Positions 9,350-19,236 of a DNA stretch of 64,000 nt are shown one piece after another. The stretch lies in NCBI GenBank assembly GCA_964594155.1, contig CAZQLH010000002.1, forward strand, positions 44,324 through 108,323. The letters run 5' to 3'. This stretch comes from an uncultured Candidatus Saccharibacteria bacterium. GTDB lineage: Bacteria > Patescibacteriota > Minisyncoccia > Portnoybacterales > UBA2143. Below the pieces are notes generated by a model, which worked only from the letters and a program-made list of their open reading frames with translations, was not told the DNA's origin and ran no database searches. The position numbers were made by a program, and so were the translations under genes. The first letter of the stretch is position 1. Each line of letters opens with the position of its first letter.

Positions 9350-9454
9350 AAGGTCCGACCTTAAAATGCCTAACCTTACCCAACGATAATTATAGATATT
9401 TGCTAATTAAAAGAGATTTAGATGGAAAGGTTAGGCATTTTAAGGTCGGACCTT
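9350..9454. repeat. Perfect 28-bp inverted repeat (arms 9350-9377 and 9427-9454, 49-nt spacer), each arm containing AAGGTCCGACCTT
   Basis: aaggtccgaccttaaaatgcctaacctt pairs with aaggttaggcattttaaggtcggacctt, seen directly in the sequence. Confidence 0.7.
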
Positions 9455-9532
9455 GGCTTAGGGTTGACAAAAGTAAACTATTAAGTTAATCTGTAATTAG
9501 ATTTTATCACTTTAAAAATTAAATAGAAGGAG

Positions 9533-9814
9533 GTGTTGTATTTGCAAGAAATCAAAGAATCGCTTGAAAGAAAAATAAAAGGTTTTCAGAAGAGCTTAAA
9601 AGAAACTAATATTGATTCTTACTCTTCATACTATGAATTTTTTGCCAAGGAGGTGCCAAAGATAAAAAAAGAAGTTATCCAAAAGTGTAAAAAAGCGCTG
9701 GAAAAAATAGAAAACGGCACTTTTGGAATCTGCGAAAATTGCGGAAAAAAAATCCCGCCTGACCGTTTAAAAGCCGTTCCATCATTTGAACTTTGCTCGC
9801 CTAAATGCTCTTAA
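9533..9814 (+). CDS. DksA/TraR-family C4 zinc-finger protein
   Basis: C-terminal CENCGKKIPPDRLKAVPSFELCSPC is a TraR/DksA-type zinc finger. SD gaaggagg lies upstream. The true start is probably the TTG a few codons downstream of 9533. Confidence 0.55.
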   Translation: MLYLQEIKESLERKIKGFQKSLKETNIDSYSSYYEFFAKEVPKIKKEVIQKCKKALEKIENGTFGICENCGKKIPPDRLKAVPSFELCSPKCS

Positions 9815-9827
9815 AAGGAGGAAAACA

Positions 9828-10073
9828 ATGGAATTACAGGCCAGAACAACTACAACGAACTCGGCAAAAGAAATTCTAAAAACCTTAAAAAGCGTCCAAG
9901 AGTACTTTGAAAGTAACGGCGGAACTCCAAAAAACATAAAAACAGCAGAAAAAGCTGTTAAAAAAGCATCTTTAGGACAATATGGCATTTGCGCTTGTGG
10001 ACATATTGCCACAAGCCAAGAAATCCACAACAGCCCTTTTTATTGTTCTAAATGTAAAAAAGCCTTTATTTAA
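9828..10073 (+). CDS. DksA/TraR-like zinc-finger protein (second tandem copy)
   Basis: ATG at 9828 preceded by aaaggagg, with a C-terminal GICACGHI...CSKC zinc ribbon. Confidence 0.5.
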   Translation: MELQARTTTTNSAKEILKTLKSVQEYFESNGGTPKNIKTAEKAVKKASLGQYGICACGHIATSQEIHNSPFYCSKCKKAFI

Positions 10074-10154
10074 TGACCGGGTGGGCATGTGCTTCTCGAG
10101 AGCCCGCTCATTAAACAAGGGAAAAAGATACAGAAAGCCGTATCTAACCCTGAA

Positions 10155-10184
10155 GCCAGAGAGTAATCACTCTCTGGCTTTTTC
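10155..10184 (+). terminator. Rho-independent terminator
   Basis: agccagagagtaatcactctctggct followed by ttttt. Confidence 0.65.
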
Positions 10185-10194
10185 ATTTCCCTAT

Positions 10195-11754
10195 TTATTT
10201 AACGTCATCCGATGACGTTATTTTTGGCGTTACCCAAAATCCCATATACTTGCCTAACATTAAACGGGTCTGAGCTTCTAATCCTGGAATAGCTCCGAAA
10301 AACAAAATAGTAAAAGGCACTAAAATCCATTGAACAACCATTCCCAAGTGGCTGATTATTCCATGTTTTTTAGGTCTTTTTGGCAATAATAAGGTGCTGT
10401 AAATAGCCGAACCAACTAAGCCAATCATAGCTAAAGTCATTAAAGTTCGGGTAACCCGAGGCAGATTATATGATAAAAGGGTAACATTAAATTTTTCTCC
10501 GCCTAAAAACAAAGGCAGCCAGCCAAGAAGAAATATTAGAATAGCATTGGTTGCCCAAGACCAGAATCCTTCAAATTGAACCCAAGTCCAATGAAATTTC
10601 TTTTGCCATGCAATTTTCTTATTCTTTAAAAATCCAAAAGACAAAAAAGGAATATTCTCTGCTCCCCAACCCCAACGTCTTTGTTGTTTGTAAACATTGG
10701 CTGATGTTTGCCAGAAAGTCGGGGCTAAATTAGCATCCATTGAAACTGGATAATACAAAGGCATTACCTTGTAATCTCCATTATAAAAAAGCAAACATTG
10801 CCAGAAAATCCGCGAATCTTCAGAAACAATATTAGTTATCCAAAAGTCAACTTCATTCAAGGCTTTAAAGCTTAATGCTTGGGAAGAAAAAGTAGAAAGC
10901 CGTTCTGGTCGCTGTTGCTGAATCATCTGCCAAAAAGTGCCTGAAGTAGCCACTACCCGAGAAACACAAGGCGCTTGCCAAATATTGTTGTTATAAACTG
11001 GAACTGGCTGATAACTGGTCTGAGTCGGTTTTTCAGCTGTTAAATAATGATAAGTCAAGCAAGAAAAATATTTTGGAAAAACCTGAGTATCAATATCAAA
11101 ACAAGAAACAATAATATTTTCATAAGGAATTTTCTTAAAATCAATAATTTCTTTTTTAGCTTGTTTAGCCATCCAAGTAATATTAGACGCTTTGCCAGCT
11201 AACTCTCCTGCAATATCTTGAGGATGAGTAGTAATCATGAATTTATAAAATTGATCGCCAAACTCTTCTTTAATTTTTAGGGCTGTTTCCTGGGCTGTTT
11301 GCCCAGCTCTTTCTTCAGCTCCTAAAACAATAATCATTTTATCTTTAGGATAATCTGAATTAATAATCGCCTGAAATGTTTCTTTAGCTACTTCTAATGA
11401 TTCATTGTAAAAAGGAAGAATGACTAAATGATAAATATCCTGCCAGTCCTTGTTTTTAACTGATTTAACTTTCTCCATCCAGTCAATTTTCATCTGTCTT
11501 TTCATTTTAAGATAACTAAATCTTAAATGCACAGAAAGATAAACTGTTTTTAACAGCCAATAAACATCAAAAGCAATAATAAAAAAAGCAACCCAGATTG
11601 GCTGAAGCCAAGATAAAAAAATAACGCTTAATAGCGTTAGCCAAGATAAAGCTCCTGGCATAATTTCAAAAGCCCGATAAATCAATCTTTCTTTCGGGCT
11701 TTTTAAATCACTGGCTTTGCCTATTTTCAAATAATACTTTTCTGATGATAGCAT
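10195..11754 (-). CDS. Family-2 processive glycosyltransferase, membrane-embedded (cellulose/PNAG/hyaluronan-synthase-like)
   Basis: DID (DxD) and QQRRWGWG (QxxRW) motifs, N-terminal 2 TM and C-terminal multi-TM. Confidence 0.7.
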   Translation of the reverse strand: MLSSEKYYLKIGKASDLKSPKERLIYRAFEIMPGALSWLTLLSVIFLSWLQPIWVAFFIIAFDVYWLLKTVYLSVHLRFSYLKMKRQMKIDWMEKVKSVKNKDWQDIYHLVILPFYNESLEVAKETFQAIINSDYPKDKMIIVLGAEERAGQTAQETALKIKEEFGDQFYKFMITTHPQDIAGELAGKASNITWMAKQAKKEIIDFKKIPYENIIVSCFDIDTQVFPKYFSCLTYHYLTAEKPTQTSYQPVPVYNNNIWQAPCVSRVVATSGTFWQMIQQQRPERLSTFSSQALSFKALNEVDFWITNIVSEDSRIFWQCLLFYNGDYKVMPLYYPVSMDANLAPTFWQTSANVYKQQRRWGWGAENIPFLSFGFLKNKKIAWQKKFHWTWVQFEGFWSWATNAILIFLLGWLPLFLGGEKFNVTLLSYNLPRVTRTLMTLAMIGLVGSAIYSTLLLPKRPKKHGIISHLGMVVQWILVPFTILFFGAIPGLEAQTRLMLGKYMGFWVTPKITSSDDVK

Positions 11755-11756
11755 AT

Positions 11757-12470
11757 TTAATCAAAAGGAATAACTTTTGCTTTTCCTTTAGCTAAATTAT
11801 CAAAAATTAAATCAGTAGTAATGTTATTTAAACTATTTTTAATTTCTTGGCTAAACTTATCTTTTGCCTGATATTCAATATTTGTTAATAAATTTAATAT
11901 TTTACCAATATCATTTTGGACTGGAATCAATCCTATTTCAAAACCTATCTTATAGCTCCCTTGTTTTTCAATCTTATCAATTTCCCAAACTATTCGCTTG
12001 CTCATTTGTCCAAAATTAAGCTTTCCAGCTAAAACAGTTTTATTGCCAGTCCAAATTACATTATCTGGCAATTGAGCAGTCATAACAAAATTCTCTAAAT
12101 CTTTATTAAAATTCCCTATTTCCCAAAAAACCCAATAATTTGTCCGAATATCTACTATTGGCGGCAAAGGACCAATACCTAATTGATCGCCTTGAGGACT
12201 ATAATAATATCCAGCTGATTTTACATCCAAAATGATTTTTTTATTAACTGCCACTGGCTGGGAATCTGAATCATCTTTTGAATCTTTATCAGTCTTACCT
12301 TTATTAAATAAAATAATTTCATTAATATTACCAGAAAGAAGAGTAATTTCTTCGCTTAATTCCCAATAACGAACTGAAACCAAAATATTAATAAAAAACA
12401 AAATCACTATTGTTAAAATAATAGCCCAAACAGTATAATCTATTTTTTTATAAAATGGTTGTTTATTCAT
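11757..12470 (-). CDS. Hypothetical single-TM protein (possible synthase accessory subunit)
   Basis: 237-aa ORF with an N-terminal TM helix and a 4-nt overlap with the upstream gene. Confidence 0.45.
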   Translation of the reverse strand: MNKQPFYKKIDYTVWAIILTIVILFFINILVSVRYWELSEEITLLSGNINEIILFNKGKTDKDSKDDSDSQPVAVNKKIILDVKSAGYYYSPQGDQLGIGPLPPIVDIRTNYWVFWEIGNFNKDLENFVMTAQLPDNVIWTGNKTVLAGKLNFGQMSKRIVWEIDKIEKQGSYKIGFEIGLIPVQNDIGKILNLLTNIEYQAKDKFSQEIKNSLNNITTDLIFDNLAKGKAKVIPFD

Positions 12471-14473
12471 AAATTATTTGTCCCAACTAAAATTTCATCC
12501 AAACCATCTCCAGTAATATCGCCAGATGATACTATAATACCATTTCTGTCATTTTCATTATAGGCCATAAATTCACTTAGAATCTGATTATCTTGGGAAA
12601 ACACTTTAATATGAGGCCCGCCGCTTGGCCCAGCCCCAGTAATTATTTCCATAATTCCATCGTTATTAACATCGCCTACTGCTACATCAACTCCGCCTCT
12701 GAATCTTTCATCATAAGCCATAAACTCGTTTAATAATTGGCCATTATATGAAAAAATCTTGACATGAGGCCCGCCAGTAAATCCTGCGCCAGTAACTATT
12801 TCTTCAAATCCATCTTTATTAACATCGCCTACTGCTACATCAACTCCGCCTCTGAATCTCTGATCATAAGCCATAAACTCGTTTAATAATTGGCCGTCTT
12901 GAGAAAATATTTTAATATGCGGTCCGCCTCCAAAACCAGCTCCAGTTACTATTTCATTAATACCATTGTTATTCACATCGCCTACTGCAAAAGATATGCT
13001 GCCAGAGAAATTATACGGGACAAAGGAATTTACATCTCCGTTATTCTGATGAATAGAAATTACACCATTACCATTAACTAATGTTTCATCATTATTATCA
13101 TTGTCAAGATCAGTTATTAAAATCTGGGTATTCCCTGAAAAATTATCTTGATAAGTAAAAAATCCATTTCTAGTTTGATTGCCTTGTTGATTAAAAATCC
13201 GAATAAAACTTCCGTTATTAAAACTAGTATTTCTTATCTCTTTATTTATTTTCAATAAAACAACTCCGTCTTTTGGCTTTAAATTAACCAAGTTAACTTT
13301 AGCTCCGTGATTAATTCTACGATCTTGCGTTCCATTAATCGCTTCAAATTCTTCTTGGTCAAAAACATAAACTTGATTTTGATCAGTTGAATTAACTAAA
13401 GTAATGCCGTTCTCAAAATCACGTCGCCATAAACCTGATTTAATTTCCTTGTTTCCCTGATCAAGCAGATTATATGAAAATGATTCAGCTCGGCCTAAAT
13501 TTTCATCATATTCATCATACCACCAAGTTTGACTATGGGTTTGGTCGCCAGAATCAAACGAGAAATAACCGTCTCCTAAAAGAGTATTTGTCAAACCAAA
13601 GCGCATTTCACGATAATTATCCATCTCCCAAGTATTATCAACATTAGAATTGATAATATAAATTTGGGGCAATTGATTTTTATCAGGTAAATTTTTTAAG
13701 TACGAATTCATTAAAAGAAACCATCCTTTTTCGCCCAGCCATTCAGCTGGAAAATTTTCCATCATTATTCCATTAAGATTTTCTTCATAATTATCCGGAT
13801 AATTAAGATTAGCTACTAATGGCTTATTAATCCTCGCTTTGGTTTTTTGCAATAAATCATTAGTTTGTGAATGCCAATAATTATCAATGGCTTCTGAACT
13901 GTCTATCTGTCCATCTTGATCTATATCAATATCTCCATTATTCAGCCAATATAAATTAGCAAAGACCATATCATAAAAAATGCCATCCCAGATATCTCGA
14001 CTAGCCACATCATTAACTACTAAATCTGAAATATATTCATTCCAGTCCTTAACTGGATTAACAAATTTAAGAAAAGGCCAGGTTTCTGAAAAACCAATCA
14101 TTTGGCCATTGCTATCTCTAAGCCACCAATTATTGAAATTAATCTTATTATAGATCATCTTGCGGAAACGAGCCCAATCATCAAGGTCTCTTATATTAAT
14201 GCTCTGACTGGGAAGATAAGCTAAAAACTGAATATCTTTATTTTTATCCTCAATATCAGAAAACATATCTGGATTAATTGTTTGAGTATCAACATCTAAG
14301 ATTAACAAATCATACTTAGCTAAATCATCATAATGATCTTTAGGAACTAAAGGTTGAAGATAGTAATTAGCTATCCGCGGATAAGTTTCCTTAATTTCAA
14401 AAGCGCTTGCTGAAAAACTAAAAGCCCATCCCAAGGACAATAATAAAAAGATTACTAACCATTTATATTTCAT
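12467..14473 (-). CDS. Secreted protein with four C-terminal FG-GAP/VCBS-like repeats and an N-terminal putative glycan-hydrolase-like domain
   Basis: Signal peptide, then the block VGDVNxDGxxEIxTGAGxxGGPHxKxFS repeated four times. Confidence 0.6.
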   Translation of the reverse strand: MKYKWLVIFLLLSLGWAFSFSASAFEIKETYPRIANYYLQPLVPKDHYDDLAKYDLLILDVDTQTINPDMFSDIEDKNKDIQFLAYLPSQSINIRDLDDWARFRKMIYNKINFNNWWLRDSNGQMIGFSETWPFLKFVNPVKDWNEYISDLVVNDVASRDIWDGIFYDMVFANLYWLNNGDIDIDQDGQIDSSEAIDNYWHSQTNDLLQKTKARINKPLVANLNYPDNYEENLNGIMMENFPAEWLGEKGWFLLMNSYLKNLPDKNQLPQIYIINSNVDNTWEMDNYREMRFGLTNTLLGDGYFSFDSGDQTHSQTWWYDEYDENLGRAESFSYNLLDQGNKEIKSGLWRRDFENGITLVNSTDQNQVYVFDQEEFEAINGTQDRRINHGAKVNLVNLKPKDGVVLLKINKEIRNTSFNNGSFIRIFNQQGNQTRNGFFTYQDNFSGNTQILITDLDNDNNDETLVNGNGVISIHQNNGDVNSFVPYNFSGSISFAVGDVNNNGINEIVTGAGFGGGPHIKIFSQDGQLLNEFMAYDQRFRGGVDVAVGDVNKDGFEEIVTGAGFTGGPHVKIFSYNGQLLNEFMAYDERFRGGVDVAVGDVNNDGIMEIITGAGPSGGPHIKVFSQDNQILSEFMAYNENDRNGIIVSSGDITGDGLDEILVGTNNL

Positions 14474-14518
14474 TTAATAAAGAAAAAGTAGCACAAATGT
14501 GCTACTTTGTCAATTTAG

Positions 14519-14590
14519 CAGCCCCAAGGGGAATCGAACCCCTGTTACCAGGATGAAAACCTGGCGTCCTAACCACTAGACGATGGGGCC
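14519..14590 (-). tRNA. tRNA-Glu (anticodon TTC)
   Basis: Reverse complement folds with acceptor GGCCCCA/TGGGGCT, anticodon stem CCAGG/CCTGG, loop TTTTCAT and GTTCGATTC. Confidence 0.75.
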
Positions 14591-14634
14591 GTCTATTGTC
14601 ACATCATACAACTTAAGCTATTATTTGTAAAGAT

Positions 14635-15654
14635 ATGACTATTTTAGGAATTGAAACATCTTGTGATGATACTGGAATTGCTTTGGTAGAATGCGACAAA
14701 AAAAATTGTCGTATTTTATCTAATGTAGTTTCTTCTCAAATAAAGATGCATGCTCCATATGGCGGAGTTGTGCCTAATTTGGCTGCCCGAGCGCACTTAG
14801 AAAACATTAAACCCTGCCTTGAACAAGCTTTAAAAAAAGCTAAATATCCTAAAATTGATTTAATTGCTGTAACCAACGGACCTGGCTTAATTCCCTGTCT
14901 TTTAGTAGGAGTTAATTTTGCCAAAGCCCTAGCATATAATTGGCAAAAACCGATTATAGGGATTAATCATATTGAAGGACATATATACGCTAATAATCTT
15001 AAAAAGTTTCCTGTTCTTTGCTTAATTGTTTCTGGCGGGCATACCCAATTAATTCTTATGAAAGATCATGGAAAATATGAATTACTTGGACAAACAAGAG
15101 ATGATGCAGCTGGCGAGGCATTTGACAAAGTGGCTAAATTATTAGGCCTTGGTTATCCAGGCGGCCCAATTATTTCTGAAAAAGCTGATAATGGAAATCC
15201 GCAAACATTTGATTTGCCTCGGCCAATGATAAATACAAAAGATTTTGATTTTTCTTTTTCTGGATTAAAAACTGCTGTGCTCTACGAAGTTTACCCCGCC
15301 AGGCGGGGTAAAAAAGAAAAGAAATTTTCTAAAGAATATATTAATAATATAACTGCTTCATTCCAACAAGCAGTAATTGATGTTTTAATTAATAAGACAA
15401 TTAAAGCTGCAAAAAAACATAACCCAAAAACAGCTATTCTGTCTGGCGGCGTAGCAGCTAATCAAGAATTAAGAAAACAACTGAAAGAAAAAATTAAAAA
15501 AGAATTGCCTCAAATTAATTTCCAAACTCCAGATATTAATTTATGCGCTGACAATGGAGCAATGATCGCCATAGCTGCTTGTTATAAGAAAAAGCCAGCT
15601 TCTAAACAAAGCTGGCTTAAGGTTGACGCAAATGCAAATTTGAAAATTAATTGA
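14635..15654 (+). CDS. tsaD: tRNA N6-adenosine threonylcarbamoyltransferase TsaD (Kae1/Gcp)
   Basis: MTILGIETSCDDTGIALV and GVAANQ motifs. Confidence 0.9.
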   Translation: MTILGIETSCDDTGIALVECDKKNCRILSNVVSSQIKMHAPYGGVVPNLAARAHLENIKPCLEQALKKAKYPKIDLIAVTNGPGLIPCLLVGVNFAKALAYNWQKPIIGINHIEGHIYANNLKKFPVLCLIVSGGHTQLILMKDHGKYELLGQTRDDAAGEAFDKVAKLLGLGYPGGPIISEKADNGNPQTFDLPRPMINTKDFDFSFSGLKTAVLYEVYPARRGKKEKKFSKEYINNITASFQQAVIDVLINKTIKAAKKHNPKTAILSGGVAANQELRKQLKEKIKKELPQINFQTPDINLCADNGAMIAIAACYKKKPASKQSWLKVDANANLKIN

Positions 15655-15686
15655 TTAAAACAATAATTTAAGATATATTAAATACA

Positions 15687-17840
15687 ATGAAAGAATTATC
15701 CAAAGCATACAATCCAAAAGAAAATGAAAAAAAGATTTACCAAAAATGGGAAAAATCTGGTTTTTTTAATCCTGATAAATTAAAAATAAAAAAGAATAGC
15801 AAGCCATATACCATTACTATTCCTCCTCCTAATGTAACTGGCGAACTACATATGGGCCATGCTATGAACGCTTTTATTCAAGACGCTTTAATTCGCTGGA
15901 AAAGAATGCAAGGGTATAGAACTCTATGGCTGCCTGGAACTGACCACGCTGGCATTGCTACTCAAAATGTAGTGGAAAAAGAATTAAAGAAAAAAGGATT
16001 AACTCGCCATAAGCTTGGCAAAGAAAAACTTCTTAAAGAAATCTGGACCTGGAAAGACAAATACGGCAATTTGATTTTAGAACAATTAAAAAGATTAGGA
16101 TGTTCATGCGATTGGTCTCGAACAGCTTTTACTATGGATCCTGATTACCAAGAAGCAGTTAAATCCGCTTTTCTCCATTTCTATAACAAAGGATGGATTT
16201 ACCAAGGTAAAAGAGTAATTAATTGGTGTCCGCGTTGTCAAACAAGCTTATCTGATTTGGAATTAGAATACAAAGAAGAAAAAAGTCATTTATGGTATAT
16301 TAAATACCCTTTAGTTAAGCCAGTTGGAACAAAAAAACATATTACTGTTGCTACAACCCGACCAGAAACAATGCTTGGCGATACAGCAGTAGCAGTTCAT
16401 CCTAATGACAAAAGATACAAAAAGCTAATTGGGCAAAAAGCAATCTTGCCATTAATTAATAGAGAAATCCCTATTATTGCTGATCCAATTCTTGATCCTG
16501 AATTCGGCACTGGCGCATTAAAAGTAACTCCAGCCCATTCCATAATTGACGCGGAAATTGCTCAAAGGCATAACTTGCCAGCAATTCAAGTTATTAATGA
16601 CAAAGGACGAATGACTAAAAGAGCTGGTCATAAATTTGCCAGCTTAACTGTCTTAGACGCTCGTAAAAAAGTTATTAAAGAATTAGAAAAAGAAAAATTA
16701 TTAGAAAAAACAAAAGATTATACTCATCAAATTCCTCGCTGTTATCGCTGTAATTCAGCTATTGAACCGTTAATCAGCCCGCAATGGTTTTTAAAAATGG
16801 ACAATCTTGCCAATCAAGCAATTAAAGCGGTTAAAAGCAATAAAGTTAAATTTCATCCTAAGCGATGGGAAAAAGTATATTTTGACTGGCTGAAAAATAT
16901 TAAAGATTGGTGTATTTCCCGCCAGATTTGGTGGGGACATCAATTGCCTATTTGGCAATGCCAGAATAAAAAAACAGAATACTTTGCTGCGGATAAAAAA
17001 CCAAAAAAATGCTCTGCTTGCAATAAATGCAAGCCAGAACAAATTAAAGATGTTTTAGATACTTGGTTTTCTTCAGCTTTATGGCCTTTTGCCACTTTAG
17101 GCTGGCCCAAGCAAACTAAAGATATAAAAGAATTTTATCCAACTGACACCTTAAGCACGGCCCGCGATATTATTAACCTCTGGGTTGCAAGAATGGTTTT
17201 TTCCAGCGCAGAACTAATTAAAAAAATACCTTTTCAAGATGTTGTTATTCACGCCACTATTTTTGCCAAAGACGGCCAAAGAATGAGCAAGTCATTAGGC
17301 ACTGGCATTGATCCTTTAGATTTAGTTAATGAATACGGTGCTGACGCTACTCGCTTTGGCATGCTTTATCAAGCCCTAACCAATCAAGATATTCTTTTTT
17401 CTGAAGAAAATATTTTAATGGGGAAAAAATTTGCTAATAAAATATGGAATGCAAGCAGGTTTGCTCTAATGCAAGTTGATAAAGAAAAAATTGAAATTCC
17501 TGATAAACCTAATTGGAAAAAAACCACTAAAGCTGATAAAGAAATTCTTAAACAATTAAACGCTGCTATAAAAAAAACAAATTCTTGTTTAAAAACATTC
17601 CAATTCGGCAAAGCTGCTCATTTGCTCTATGATTTTTTCTGGCATGATTTCTGTGATAAATACATTGAATCAGCTAAAAAACAAAACAACGCGCAAACCA
17701 AGCAAATTTTAGCTTATGTTCTCTTGAATTCCTTAAAACTGCTTCATCCTTTTATGCCATTTGTCACAGAATCAATTTACCAACAACTTCCTTTTAAAGA
17801 AAAAGAGTTTTTAATGATTGAAAATTGGCCTAAAACCTAA
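15687..17840 (+). CDS. valS: Valine--tRNA ligase (short form lacking the C-terminal coiled coil)
   Basis: PPPNVTGELHMGHA, TDHAGIATQ and KMSKS (QRMSKSLG). Confidence 0.85.
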   Translation: MKELSKAYNPKENEKKIYQKWEKSGFFNPDKLKIKKNSKPYTITIPPPNVTGELHMGHAMNAFIQDALIRWKRMQGYRTLWLPGTDHAGIATQNVVEKELKKKGLTRHKLGKEKLLKEIWTWKDKYGNLILEQLKRLGCSCDWSRTAFTMDPDYQEAVKSAFLHFYNKGWIYQGKRVINWCPRCQTSLSDLELEYKEEKSHLWYIKYPLVKPVGTKKHITVATTRPETMLGDTAVAVHPNDKRYKKLIGQKAILPLINREIPIIADPILDPEFGTGALKVTPAHSIIDAEIAQRHNLPAIQVINDKGRMTKRAGHKFASLTVLDARKKVIKELEKEKLLEKTKDYTHQIPRCYRCNSAIEPLISPQWFLKMDNLANQAIKAVKSNKVKFHPKRWEKVYFDWLKNIKDWCISRQIWWGHQLPIWQCQNKKTEYFAADKKPKKCSACNKCKPEQIKDVLDTWFSSALWPFATLGWPKQTKDIKEFYPTDTLSTARDIINLWVARMVFSSAELIKKIPFQDVVIHATIFAKDGQRMSKSLGTGIDPLDLVNEYGADATRFGMLYQALTNQDILFSEENILMGKKFANKIWNASRFALMQVDKEKIEIPDKPNWKKTTKADKEILKQLNAAIKKTNSCLKTFQFGKAAHLLYDFFWHDFCDKYIESAKKQNNAQTKQILAYVLLNSLKLLHPFMPFVTESIYQQLPFKEKEFLMIENWPKT

Positions 17841-17861
17841 GGTCCGACCTTGAACAACCAT

Positions 17862-18623
17862 ATGCAATACCTTTTTTATATCCTACTCGGGCTTTTGCCC
17901 AGTTTAATCTGGCTGTCTTTTTATCTAAAAAAAGACAAGCTTCCTGAATCAAATTCAATAGTTTTAAGAATTTTTATATGGGGAATGTTTTTAGCTCCTC
18001 TGGCTATTATTCTTGAACTGATTTTAATCTGGCTGCTTAATCCCGGTTCTAATCCCTTAGACCTTTTATCTCAAACATACCAAGCCAGTTTTATTAAAAT
18101 TATTTTGGCTGCAACTCTAATTCCAGCCTTGGTTGAAGAATATTTAAAATATTCTATTATTAGACACAGATTTCTCAGAAAGCCGGAATTTGACGAGCCA
18201 GTTGACGCTATGCTATATTGTATTATAGCTGGCCTGGGCTTTGCTGCTGTGGAAAACCTGCTTATTCTTTTTAAAATTTCTTTTCCAGACCTTGAAAGAG
18301 CTTTTACCACAATTGGTTTCCGTTTTTTAGGAGCAACCCTGATTCATGCCTTAGCTTCAGGAATAGTTGGATACTATCTGGCTCAAGGACTGCTTCATGT
18401 TAAAAAAAGAAAAAAGCTTATTCTGACTGGTCTAACTATTGCTATTATTTTCCATAGCTGCTATAATTACCTTATCATTGCTGCGCTTAATCAAGAAACC
18501 TATAATCAAAAATTACTCCTTATCTCTATTATTGCCGTTCTCCTGATTTCAGCAATGTCCCTTGTTTCATATTATTTTAAAAAACTAAAAAAGCAGCAAT
18601 CTATTTGTCAAACTTATGACTAA
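17862..18623 (+). CDS. PrsW-family intramembrane protease-like protein
   Basis: Multi-TM protein with the EExxK (VEEYLKY), FxxxH (FLGATLIHA) and HxxxN (HSCYN) motifs. The ATG at 17862 is preferred over the TTG at 17850. Confidence 0.55.
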   Translation: MQYLFYILLGLLPSLIWLSFYLKKDKLPESNSIVLRIFIWGMFLAPLAIILELILIWLLNPGSNPLDLLSQTYQASFIKIILAATLIPALVEEYLKYSIIRHRFLRKPEFDEPVDAMLYCIIAGLGFAAVENLLILFKISFPDLERAFTTIGFRFLGATLIHALASGIVGYYLAQGLLHVKKRKKLILTGLTIAIIFHSCYNYLIIAALNQETYNQKLLLISIIAVLLISAMSLVSYYFKKLKKQQSICQTYD

Positions 18624-19164
18624 AAAATCATCATTTTTTGAAAAACTAACTGGCGCTAATTGGTCAGATGAAGATACAAAAAAAAGAAATCTTGTTTCTT
18701 CTGAAAAAAAAGTAAAACCTAAAAAAACTAAAACCAAAGGAAAGTTAAAGGCTATGAAAAAAAGCTACATCAAAGGAAAAAAATCTCCTCGGGCTAAAAA
18801 AGAGAAAGAAACTGAAGAATGGCTAGGCGAATCAGAAGGCCAATTAACCATTGACGTCTATCAAACTCCTAATGAAATAGTCATCAAATCCACTATTGCT
18901 GGAGTAAAACCAGAAGATATTGATATTACCATGACTAATGATATGATCACTATTAAAGGAACCAGGGAAAAAGACGAAGATGTTAAAGAAGAGGACTATT
19001 ATTACCAGGAATGTTACTGGGGACCTTTTTCTCGCTCAATTATCCTGCCAGTTGATGTTGAGGTTGACAATTCTGACGCAGCTATGAAAAACGGTATTCT
19101 AACAATTAAACTGCCTAAGATTGAAAAGATAAAGACTAAAAAAATAAGAATTAAAAGTGAATAA
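18616..19164 (+). CDS. Hsp20/alpha-crystallin family small heat-shock protein with a Lys-rich N-terminal extension
   Basis: ACD-like block TIDVYQTPNEIVIK...GILTIKLPK. Confidence 0.7.
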   Translation: MTKKSSFFEKLTGANWSDEDTKKRNLVSSEKKVKPKKTKTKGKLKAMKKSYIKGKKSPRAKKEKETEEWLGESEGQLTIDVYQTPNEIVIKSTIAGVKPEDIDITMTNDMITIKGTREKDEDVKEEDYYYQECYWGPFSRSIILPVDVEVDNSDAAMKNGILTIKLPKIEKIKTKKIRIKSE

Positions 19165-19181
19165 ATAAAATTAATAGAAAT

Positions 19182-19213
19182 AAAAAGAGGCGCATAGACT
19201 GCGCCTCTTTTTC
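19182..19213 (+). terminator. Rho-independent terminator
   Basis: gaggcgcatagactgcgcctc followed by tttttcgtttt. Confidence 0.7.
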
Positions 19214-19236
19214 GTTTTGTGGTATAATTATAAATA

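Noticed and set aside
17850-17861. TTG start for the PrsW-like gene as given by the ORF track
   Set aside because: It lies inside the AAGGTCCGACCTT motif and valS stop overlap. The downstream ATG at 17862 is the more plausible start.
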